Assembly: GCF_027921745.1 (NCBI RefSeq) | Contig: NC_079239.1 | Location: 2,418,001-2,482,000 of the forward strand | Length of the DNA: 64,000 nt | Direction of reading: 5' to 3' | From: Schizosaccharomyces osmophilus | Lineage: Eukaryota | In this document: positions 11,319 to 21,793 of the stretch, one piece after another | Numbering within the stretch: position 1 is the first letter of the stretch | Layout: each line of letters starts with the position of its first letter | Notes under the pieces: model-generated | The model's input: only the letters and a program-made list of their open reading frames with translations | What the model was told of the DNA's origin: nothing | Database searches by the model: none | Translations under genes and position numbers: made by a program

Positions 11319-14300
11319 TTAAGTACGCTTCTTGTTCTTCTTACCTGTGACAACCTTGAAAGCAGAATTCCATTCAACTCCTTGCTTCGGCTTAGTGCGA
11401 GCAACGCTACTCCAAGCTCCAGGGCTGCCATTTTCTTGACCTTTGGTAATCATACCGTCTAAACCTTCATCTTTACCAGAGAGATCTGCCATACGACGTC
11501 GCATAAATTCGCCAGCAAATCTACGACCATCCATGGTAGTGCTGTTAGCATAAATGGAATCAGAAATAATCTCAGCAACCTCGTTGTTAGACTCAACGGG
11601 GAATGATAACAACATATTTAAAAATTCTTCATAGTTAACACCTTCGTTTAAGCCTTTCAAAGAGTGCTTACACCACGAAAGAAATTCCGGAGACAGGCCA
11701 GATGAAGAAATAACCTGCTGTAGCTTAGATGTATTAGGCTGTGAATTTACAGGAGCGGCTACCACAGCGGGTTTGGTAGCTGGAGAGCGATTGGCTGTAG
11801 CGGTACCGGAGAGCTGTTGATTAAACACTTTACCACCCGGTCCTACGACTGACCAGCTATCCTCAGATTCAAGTGTAGTTTCCAAGAATGCAGTCATTTT
11901 CTTATTCTCGTCATTCGGTGCTGAGGCAGCAGGCGCTGAAGTTGCTGGCTTAGCTTTGGCTACAGGCATGACGTTTCGGGTAGCCGTAACGTTCGCAACA
12001 GTAGCGGCATTCGTTGTTGTGCTCACTGGAGCTTGTTGCTTAGTATGAACTTCCGCTTGCTGAATATTTTTCTTCAACATTGGTGACTTCAAGGAAGCAT
12101 GTTTCGACCAAGCATTCGGAGGATTAGTAGATCCAGAACCCCAAACGGATGTAGATGCCAATGTTTGGGGGGCCGGTTTAGCAGCAGCCTCAGCCTGAGC
12201 CTGAGCTTCGGCTTGAATTTGAGTTTGAGCTTGCACCTGAGCATTCGAGGCAGCGTTGGTTTTTAAATTTTCATTTTGCTTTTCCATTCGCTGGATTTCC
12301 TGCGAAATAGATGTAGCCACATCGTTAACCTTACCCCAAGGAGATCCAGCTTCCACGGGCATGGTGGGTTGACTGTTTGTCGGCTTCTGGGTGGTCTTCT
12401 CATTTTGGTCTGGCAATTCGCCGTTTAATGCATTCTCCATCTCCTTATGGATAGTTTCATCTAGAGACGGCATAGGCTTACTGGGCAGAGACTTCCAAGG
12501 AGAAGGTCGAGGTGCAAAAGCTCCCGTTTCAGCAGTAGCAGATGCAGGTTTGTTGATTGAGGGATTGAACTTAGGCTCGTCAGACTTTTGAACAGATTCA
12601 GTTGTATTCTTCACTTCTTCCTTAGATTGCTTTTCTTTAAGCTCTAACGATTTCAGATTCTGGGTCAAATTGGAGTCAACGGTAGTTTGATCAATAGGTT
12701 CATGTGCCTTTTCTCTCTTTTGACTGGTCGTTTTGGCATCCTTTCCTTCCTTGCTCATGATTTCAGAAGGAGAGGAGATAGTTTGCTTTTCTTCCTTAAG
12801 TACACTCTCGTCAGGTTGATTAACAATGCTTTCCACTAATGATTTGGGCAATGATTGTGACTGAATAGATACTTTTCTGGCGGCACCTGTATCATCCTCA
12901 CGTTGAAATTGCACTGACCCTTGACGTTTAGTATCCGCCGATTCTAATGCTTCACTATCATTATTGGGAATATAAGTGCTTGAGGGCAAATCCGTGCCTT
13001 GAGCATTCCAAGAGGGACTTTGATTGTTTGGCACTGAAACAGGAGACAAGGGTATCAAAAATGGTTCAAACTGATTTCCGACTTGACGAACGAAAAAGGC
13101 TAGAGAATAGTATTCCTCCTCTTCAAGACGTTTAACAGGAAGGCTCAGTGGGAAATAACCAGCACGATACCACTGATGCATATCGACGCCACTAAAGGGA
13201 CCTTGAATATTATTCTGTGGATCCTTATAAAGCCAGCGTAAAACGGCAGGTGGGATTAAAGAGGCCAAGTGCTGTGGAAAATTCTCAGGAGTGAAATAAT
13301 TGGATGTAGTCTGGTCAGGCATAGAGTGCTCACGAACAGAATTGGCGGAAGCCCCATTTTCATTCATGGAAATCTTTGCTTTAGCCTTATCTACCAAGAT
13401 GTTCATAGGAGAATCAGTGTCTCGAGCAGGCATACCCCCACCAACGGAATAAACCGGCGAGTTTGAAAGTCGAGTGGAGCCACGACGCAAAGGCGAGTTA
13501 ATACTTTCCGGTATGGCTTCGGGCTGAGAGGCACCAGCAAATTGTTGGTACCCAGAAGCACCGAGGGTAGCTGCATTTGTAGAATCATAAGCATGACCGG
13601 CAAATTGGGCTAGCGCAGGGTCAACATCTTGCGGAGGATTCGCTGGATACGATGTCGGTAGCGAATTATATTGCTGCGGAAGCCAACCATAACCAGAAGG
13701 ATTATTAAAACCAGATCCGATGGAACGAGATTGAGGTATAGAGGTAGAGGAAGGGCTAACATTCAAAGAAGATCTCTTATAAGAAGTAAATGGACTATTT
13801 ACTTTAGGAGAAGCTGCTCCAGCTACGGTATTTGAAGACGGGAAACGATCCTTCAAAAACTTAGGTGACATGCCTTCGGTCGTAAGTGCGCTAGGAAAAG
13901 GAGATGCATAGCTTTTAGCAGGAAAGATTCCCGGATTCGGATCCGCAGAGCCCAAGGGATTTCCTCCAATCGATGTAGTATTCGAATAGGGAGGAATAGG
14001 GTCGGCATTGAATGTATTGGAAGCTGTCATAGGCATAGAAGAAGCAGTAGGAGTTAATACGGTACCTTTTTCACTCAAATTATTGGTATTCAGGGAAGAG
14101 GCATTACCAGAATTTGCCGGGTTGGCCATATTTGAAGAAAACGAAGGCACAGGAGGGGTAGATGAAGCTACACCGTACGAATCCCAAAAATTACCTGATT
14201 TTAAAGAGAGTTTTTTATGACGATCAGAAGCAGTGGCAGCTGTTGGGTCTGCTTGCAAATTTGCAGGAGATCCTGCACCACTAGCTGCAGCAGGATTCAT

Positions 14301-14591
14301 AAAAGATGATAACTGAGGATACATGTTGTTGGTAGACGATAAAGAAGGTTGACTTTCTTTTTTATTCATTGGATTTGCCAATTGACTCCTAAAAAATAAA
14401 ATATTAGCATCCGTGTTCACCATGGAATCCCATTTCAGCGGGAAAAAGCCTTTCTTTCGGTTTTCAAATGGTCCCAGGAGTATTTACAGATACAAACATT
14501 CCTTTTTCTATCTTTTCCTCCCGTTTCCTGTGATTTTTTTCTTCACACTATAAAAATCATCAAACCGGACAGCATCCACTTACCAGTCCAT
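11319..14591 (-). CDS. mpd2: GYF-domain protein Mpd2 (Smy2/GIGYF-like). Micro-exon 14591-14584, then 14388-11319
   Basis: WLYKDPQNNIQGPFSGVDMHQWYRAGYF GYF domain; ATGGACTG|GTAAGT ... GCTAAT...TAG|GAGTCAA gives MDWSQLAN in frame. Confidence 0.88.
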
Positions 14592-15953
14592 ATTACTATA
14601 TACGCTTGCTTCTGAATTCATTTTTTAATCCTATTCTTTTAGAAGATTCTTTCACGCAGAAGAAATCTCGGGTAACACAACCAACAGAGAAATATGTTGT
14701 AAAGGTGAAAGGTTCTAGGAAAAAGAACGTAAGTAAGTATCCACAAATGAAATAAATAGCGAGGGCTAACACAGCGTGGGGGTTGGGGCAATTCGCTTTG
14801 TGGGGGTTCTTCGAAGGAAGAGTAGTTAACAGTAGGAAAGCGAAACGATGTATCTGGCTGGACAGAAAATGCACCGGTCCTTGCGTAGCCTTAAGTAAGA
14901 AAAACCCGCTTTTTATAGAATTTTATAATGTGTTTTTTTGCATTTTTGTTATGTGGTTCAAGACGGGCGAAACTACGGCACTGCCCTATATGGGATATCC
15001 TACGTAGGAAGGAAGAGAAAACTCATATGGTTGCGAATGCGTTAATGGTTATTTACTACTGTAATGGAGAACTCTTTTACCTCCTCTCTAGAGATGATAA
15101 GAAAATTATGAAATGAAGACTTCGCCTCTATGCGTGGATACTTGAATACGGGCATCGAAGAAACCATCATAAACATATCGTATCAACGGTTGCACTCGCA
15201 ATTCGTCTCATTTTTCGCATTTATCCTTAAATTAGATACCATTTTTTCAAAAAGAAAAAAAATGAAAGGGTCAATCGGCTTATTTTCTGCTGTGACACAA
15301 GAAGGACTTTAAGAGTATAAAAATCTGGTAATCTCCTATGATTCCTTCAAATTCAAAACTGAGATTTTTTCCTTTGAGGATGTAACCGTGCCGTTGTTAA
15401 ACTTATCACAGTGTGTTTTATAGCCCTTCTCTTTATTATAAAACTATTTTTGACCTAATTGTAGGGCAGAGATTTGACTGATACCTTAATTAAGTCGTAT
15501 GCTGCAAACAAAAGAAGGCTACGGCTAGATAATTATCACTGTGATATAGTCGTCAACTTTCATTGTTTTTATTATATAAAAATTCAGTCGCTTTAGTCGT
15601 TTCATAACTCTTGTTAGACTTGTGACTGATTGTTAAGCTGAATGCGATTTCGTCTGCGATTCGCAAAATCAACAAAAACGTAAGACACTCATATCCTTCA
15701 TAGCAATGATTACTGATAAATTCCTACAAAAATAAGAAGAATGAGAGTCAAAAAGCAGCTTTCGTAGACGAATTAACCTCAATGAAATCAAATGTAGCTG
15801 TTCAATGTACATGTCTATTGCCTATTCGTCGTTACTTACAAAGTAACGAATGCCAGTAAATTAAGGAAATCTCACCATTCTTTTCGAATGGATTGAAAAA
15901 TACACATGTATAAAAGGAATTTCATAAAAATGAAGCTGAAAAAATGAAAAAGA

Positions 15954-16083
15954 ATTCTACATCGCCCCGGATTCCCATGTTGTCTCCAACCGTAGTACTA
16001 ACGAGGCGAGGCCCTCAGACGTTTTCACTTAACTGCAGTGATCGGACGGGAACTGGTATTTTCGCCTAGGTATGGCCGTAGAC
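15954..16083 (-). rRNA. 5S rDNA, variant or degenerate 130-nt copy (downstream flank of wtf)
   Basis: Reverse complement GTCTACGGCCATACCTAGGCGAAAATACCAGTTCCCGTCCGATCACTGCAGTTAAG[TGAAAA]CGTCTGAGGGCCTCG[CCTCG]TTAGTACTACGGTTGGAGACAACATGGGAATCCGGGGCGATGTAGAAT matches fission-yeast 5S plus two insertions; T5 run follows (15947-15951). Confidence 0.93.
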
Positions 16084-16786
16084 ATTTGTTATGATCTGTA
16101 AAGTTATTTATTACAGTAATGATCCAGTCTTTTATTTGGCTTGATGAACTACAAGATCCACTTCAACTCAGTTCTATCTGGTATTTTTCACGGCTAAATG
16201 GAGAATGCTTTCATGTTATAAGAATAATATTTGAAAACACACTGTTTTTCCCTTTTCTATTGATTCACATTGTGGTCGCAGGAGCATCAGATTGAGTGTA
16301 TAAGTTTATGGGTTGAAAAAGTTAGTTATATAAATTGGGTTCTTTTCATGGTCCGTCGACTTGACTCCCAAAGTAAAATGTAATTCAATGTTTTAAACTA
16401 CATCAATCGAATCTTCCAATCTGAAGATTTATGCTTTTTATGCTGTGAACGAATTTTACCTCTGGCGGTAATCACTTTCGTTCTTACAATTAATGAAAGA
16501 TACGACACATTGTTGAGTAAAAAACTAGTTAATTACGATGTTATTTTCATCAGAATAATTAAATAATCATTAAAAAGGATGTCTATAAATGAAGAAAATG
16601 AACGATGCTGTGAAACGAATAAGAAGATTCATAAAAAAGTGAATAAGAAAAGCAATCAAAGTCCGCTGGTACCATCTGATCCAAGCTTTTGTGGAAGCGA
16701 ATACAGGAACTTGGTAGACTGCAATTGACATCGATGTTTCCAAAGAAGGAGCGAAATATCAAGAATGAAAGCAGGTTCGGTAAAAC

Positions 16787-17917
16787 TTAAACTTCGGCGC
16801 TTTGCGCAGCAAGAGGCTGAAGTTCGATTTCTTCGTTCTGAGGTACTTGCCCTCCTCGATTTGTATCTTTAAAATAGGTTAATCAAAGCCCTAACGATAG
16901 CAACCATTTACGAAGTGTACATACCTAAAATACGATCCACAGCGTTTCCTATGGCATTTCCTATTCCGTTTACGCCGACGCCTATGCCGTTTCTCAGATC
17001 GACGATAACTAATCTTAGTAGTTCACGCGCATTTGCATTCACTAGAACAGTTAGAATATTTCGCTGGTGTATGGCATACCTAGAATAATAAAAAAGAAAA
17101 TATTTACAACACAAACAAAATAGGAAAAAGGAGTGTTTATCTTTTCAAATCCTGTTAACTTCTTTGCAGCATAATACGCGGTGAAACCGAGGACATCGAG
17201 AAAACACACACATAATACTGAGATACACATAGCTGACAATACGTTTTTGGTTAATCTTCCAGTTTGCCTGTACCATTCCGGATATGTTACAAGAATCGCT
17301 AAAAATAAGTCAGTTGTTCGAAGACAAGAAATTGTTGACTTACTGAATAGGAAAATAAAAATGGATCCAATAGAACCGCCAGCAAGCCCGTAAAAAACAT
17401 TCGTATACGGAGAAACCTTGTAACCAAAAACTATGGCTAGAAAAACAGTATTATATAAATAGCTATAATAGTCATTATGCCTACGGAAAAGTTTTTCCAC
17501 CACTCTTTATTCGTTAAAGGGTCCGACCTGGTGTTATTAACAGTATCTTGGGCGGAATTTTGAGCGGATCCATCAGCCATTTCTAAATCAATAAATTTGG
17601 TTGAAACTAATGGATGTATTAGTAGCTGTTCTTTCGTTGTTTGTGAAAGGATAGAGGTATTCGCCCTGTTTGTTGACACTTATCGACAAGGTTATTCATC
17701 TCAAACCCAACAAATAAATAAACAAGCATGATTCTTCCATCAAGAACCGTTCAAAAAGCATGCAAAAAATCAACCTTTCCTTTCTATTTCAACTAATCTT
17801 ACCTGAATACGGAGGAGGCGTACCATCTGAAGGAGACGACCGACTATCTGCCTTTTCATCATTGAGCGTTTTGGAAGAGTCATCAGAGTCTAAAATAGGA
17901 GTGTACTTGTTTTTCAT
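16787..17917 (-). pseudogene. wtf: wtf family poison-antidote meiotic driver, 5 exons (17917-17803, 17606-17344, 17298-17080, 17041-16925, 16866-16787), 1-nt frameshift in exon 2
   Basis: Exon 1 MKNKYTPILDSDDSSKTLNDEKADSRSSPSDGTPPPYS (PY motif); IDLE followed by an in-frame ATG at 17580; hydrophobic TM segments in exons 2-3; exon 4 NGIGVGVNGIGNAIGNA repeats; C-terminus ...QSAEV*; four GT-AG introns with branch sites; exon total 794 nt (one short of 795). Confidence 0.9.
17667..17724 (-). promoter_or_regulatory. Candidate Mei4/forkhead (FLEX-like) sites in wtf intron 1, the putative poison promoter
   Basis: GTCAACAAACA on minus (17677-17667), 10/11 match to FLEX GTAAACAAACA; ATAAATAAACA on plus (17714-17724); about 90-140 nt upstream of the exon-2 ATG. 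Confidence 0.55.
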
Positions 17918-18501
17918 ATTTACAATGGCAATTAGAGCTCAAAATGATACCGATAGTTACAGTCTAAACGAAATCAACTTTTGAATCGCCGAGAAAAGTC
18001 CGTAGGAACTGGCTCCACTTCTCAAGGATCTGTCAAAAAAAAGGAATTGGACCTTGCTTCAACAATTAAAAGCAAAAGCAACCTAATATTGCAACACAAA
18101 TGTTTCTTTTAAAACCAAAGATACGAGTTTGAAGAAATCTTGGTAATGGCTTTTCGCATGTCTCAATTCATAAAAGCAGCGACATTATGTCACTGACTGG
18201 TCACAATCCTCGTTACGATTATTCAACGTTGGTTTTTCATTGCGATTTTCCTAATAGTATAATCCAAAAGAGTCGTCGTTTATTACAAAAAGTAAACAAA
18301 GGAACTTTGACCAAAGAAATCATGCTGTTTGCTTATATTATAAATAGCAGGATCGTAAATGCATATGTTTATGTTAGAAGGTTCCGTGACTTTGGCTTAT
18401 TGAATTATTGAATCAAGGATGACCATTGCTTTATCTGCAATCACAAGTATCGCTAAGTCAAAGGACCATGCTGATCAAACAAAAGAACAAGAATTGCAAA
18501 A

Positions 18502-18631
18502 AGCCTACAGCATCCCGGATTCCCGTGTTGTCTCCAACCATAGTACGAAACGAACGAGACCCTCAGACGTTTTCACTTAACTGCAGTGATCGGACGGGAA
18601 CTGGTGTTTTCGCCTAGGTGTGGCCGTAGAC
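18502..18631 (-). rRNA. 5S rDNA, variant 130-nt copy (upstream flank of wtf)
   Basis: Reverse complement GTCTACGGCCACACCTAGGCGAAAACACCAGTTCCCGTCCGATCACTGCAGTTAAG[TGAAAA]CGTCTGAGGGTCTCGTTC[GTTTC]GTACTATGGTTGGAGACAACACGGGAATCCGGGATGCTGTAGGCT, ending in a T5 Pol III terminator (18498-18502). Confidence 0.94.
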
Positions 18632-18928
18632 ATTTCACAATTGAGAAAGTTACAGATAAACCCAAATTTTCGGAACTGGGACATCGAAATTATACAAATA
18701 GCAAGCTCTGGATAGTTCATCTACACTATTCCCTTAGGAGCTATAGGTCAGCTCAAAGACCCTTTTGCTACTTATGTTTCCAATGCCCTATTACAATACC
18801 ATCGGACCGGACTTTACAAACATTTTGTAAGGATTACGGCAATCAACATTTTCTTTACTGTGCTACCAACACTTTTCATACACAACGTACATATAACACA
18901 ATCAACATGAATTATTTTCGTTGGTTAT

Positions 18929-19578
18929 TTAGTCTTGTTCGTCAAATTTTTCAACAAGGTCGGGAATGTCAGCGTTGTCGCCAGATTCACCGGCAGTACC
19001 CTTTTCGTTGCCGTCGCTAACCTTGAGTTGCTCTGCCATTTGGCGAAGAGCAGTAAGAGACTCGGGACCGAGGTTGTTCAAGATACCAGGGAGAATGTCG
19101 GTCAAAGACTTCTCTTCGGGTCTACCATAAACAGCGACAGTTTCGTTGGGAAGAGAAGCTTGAACGGCAGGAGAACGGAAGTTGATGACACCACCATCTT
19201 CCTTGAACATATTGACTTCTTGGATACCAGGGAGAGTTTGCATGTTCAATTTTTGCAAAGCACCTTGCACCTTCTTGTCGTCGCCAGCGCTGGCGGAAGA
19301 CTTGGCAGGCTTTTTGGCCTTACGACGAGGGGTACCCTTACCACCTATTTGTAAATTGTTAATATCAAAGTCCTTGCTCTCCAAAACCTTATTGTTTCCT
19401 GCCATCAGCATTGCAAGGCAAACTCAGCACGACACTGTTTGCTTCAGTAATAAAGTAAACATGCAGTAATATTTATTTCGTGTTTGTTTGCATCCTTATG
19501 CCTCTAGGTGAGAACCTATCAAAATTACATACCAATACGAGCACCAGCTTGCAACTTAGCCAACTTGGAGGGATCCAT
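18929..19578 (-). CDS. btf3: Nascent polypeptide-associated complex beta subunit. Exons 19578-19533, 19344-18929
   Basis: MDPSKLAKLQAGARI/GGKGTPRRK...IQEVNMFKEDGGVINF...ILPGILNNLGPESL...DIPDLVE; canonical 188-nt intron. Confidence 0.95.
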
Positions 19579-19661
19579 TTTTATCTATTTGACCAAAATT
19601 TGAGTATTTGGTTGTGGAAGGACTTTACCACTATGCGCCAAATGTTGTGCTACCGAAATTT

Positions 19662-19669
19662 TGTGACTG
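19662..19669 (-). promoter_or_regulatory. Homol D box upstream of btf3
   Basis: CAGTCACA on minus strand, 84 nt upstream of the btf3 ATG; known element of fission-yeast translation-machinery promoters. Confidence 0.65.
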
Positions 19670-20085
19670 CTCAAGGCCTGCTTCTGTCTTCCCTCTTACA
19701 AGACTTTTGTAAATCGAACATTTACGATTATTAGGTTCTTTAGCGATCTCGGTACGATTTGCTATCGTATAGAGATTGGATCGTACTGTGTATAAAGGAT
19801 AATTCTAAGAGATGAACTGTACAAGAATCCGTAGAATTAGAATGAACTTGATAGACTTTTGAATTGAAAAATCATTATAACAAAAACAACATAGTATATA
19901 TATATTTTATATAAAGAACGACTCACATTCTTACAATACCAAATGATGTACAAGCATGCCCAAGGAAAAGGAGACAGTGGGCAGAGCAAAACACAGTAGT
20001 TGGAAAAACAAATTTTCAGAATGAACAAAATCAAACTCACAAATTCTAACTTTGTCGTATTCGTAGGGTGTATTCGCTACTTTTC

Positions 20086-21793
20086 TTAATCCCATTCATC
20101 ATCGTCTTGATCTTCTTCATCTGCAGAAATTTGTTAGTAAGAAACTCAACGAATCCAGAACACTGAAGCTTCACAATTTGGACATACCACTTTGGGACAC
20201 CTTCGTTTTACGGTGATTCAATGCACTAGCAAGTGCATCCATTAAATTGTTACTAGAAGGAGTTTCCGGTGGAGGATTGGAGCCGCGTGTAGAACTAACG
20301 CTAGGAGAGGCAGTAGATTTCTAGACAAAAAGTTAGCAGTTATAATCTTTTGGTTGTCCCTAAAAACTTACTTTACTTTTCAACATATCAAGACCGCCGC
20401 TAGCACGGATACTCGCCATCAAGTCAGCTCTTTCAACTGGAGGTGAAGCTACTGAATCACCACTCATAGATAGTGCGGGAGGTACTGGTGGTGGTGGTGG
20501 TGGAGCAGGAGAAGATACTGCTGGCATGGGAGCCGGGGCCGGAGGAGGTGGTGGCGGTGGTGAAGCACCAGTCGGTAATGGAGGAGGCGATGTAACAGGC
20601 AATGTTGGAGAAGATTGCGTTTTGGTCGTAGGAGTGTGTTCAGGAGGAGCAAAAGTTGGAACAGAGCGGGCAGGTATCGGAGGAGCTTGGGAGGGAGAAG
20701 GAGGCGTGATCCGAGCTGTAGAAGTCCTTGGAGGAGGTGGTGGAGGTGGAGGAAGATGCATTGAAGTACCACCTGCGGACCCGGCACTTGATAATGGTGA
20801 TTTGACCCTGTTTCTACGGGAAGGAGGTGGAGGAGGTGCTCTCTTCTTGTTTGCAGCGAGTACAGATGAATTGGATTTAGGAGGAGGTGGTGGAGGAATA
20901 GATGACTTCTTCGCTGTCGATGCTGGCGGCGGGGGTGGAGGGGGAGGTAAATGAGAAGAAGTAGATTCTGTCCCATTAGGAACGTGATTGGGTACAGAAG
21001 GAGTTGAGAAAGGCGATTCGTTATGACTAGGTAAAGAAGGGGGGAGAGAAGGAGGAATGGCAGGTGCAGAAGGTGAAGCTGACGAGTGGGAAGGTTCAGG
21101 AACATTACTATGCAGATAAGAATTGACAAAATCGGCATTTTGCATAATTTGGTCTTTCGAAATGCCCATCTGTACAAGAGAATCAATAAGGCTGGGGTCA
21201 AGGTCTAAATTTGGCGAATTGCCTTTTACAGGACCTGTTTCTTTTGTAGGGTACGAAGGTGCGGTGTAAGAATTTGAGGTTTGTCTAGTTCCAGAGAAGC
21301 GTTTGGATCCCTTGCGCGTGAGAAACGAGAGAACGGAATTTTCTATGGATTCCGGATGGCAACCTTTTTCAATCACTTTGCGATAAAACTTGGATCCTTC
21401 GCTTTCGTCAGAGAAACTGAGCGCTGCAAAACATTGATCAATTTCAAAAGAATAGAAGAATGTGCGATCTTGGAAATATTCAAAGTTTTCATACAATTCT
21501 TGATCCCACAGAACACCCCCATTTCCCTAAATTCACTGTTATTTATTTACTCAAAAAAGCACTCTTCAACAACTTACCACTATGTCAACAAGCTTTAACC
21601 AACAACACTTCAGCGTTGTATCATAGCATAAGACAGCTGCTCCGCAAAGTCCTGTATACGACCATCGGTTTGGGTCGGGATATGCGACATATAACTTTGC
21701 AATGCCAGCCGCAAGGATCTTGTTCGTGCTTTTCGGGATATATTTTCGGATAGTGGATTTATCCTCTTGTGTTATTGAAGATATTTGAGGCAT
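20086..21793 (-). CDS. wsp1: WASP homolog Wsp1 (WH1, polyproline, WH2/acidic), multi-exon
   Basis: WH1 (IAKLYVAYPDPNRWSYTG), polyproline tracts, RADLMASIRASGG WH2, last exon DEEDQDDDEWD*. Confidence 0.95.

Noticed and set aside
14592..15953. 1.36-kb spacer between mpd2 and the first 5S, as a wag, LTR or tRNA remnant
   Set aside because: No TG...CA LTR, tRNA boxes or spliced ORF recognisable; a decayed relic cannot be excluded without a search
16908..17984. ORF-track entries 16908-17114, 17051-17503, 17437-17679 and 17760-17984 as separate genes
   Set aside because: The first three are exon fragments of the single wtf gene; the last is antisense to wtf exon 1
18586..19469. Plus-strand ORFs (144, 139, 95 aa) over the 5S copy and btf3
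   Set aside because: Antisense to btf3 or running through 5S rDNA; no protein-like features
19345..19532. Relatively long btf3 intron as a snoRNA host
   Set aside because: No clear C/D box pair with terminal stem or H/ACA architecture visible by eye
20464..21201. 245-aa Leu/His-rich and 142-aa Gly-rich ORFs
   Set aside because: Alternate-frame and antisense readings of the wsp1 polyproline codons
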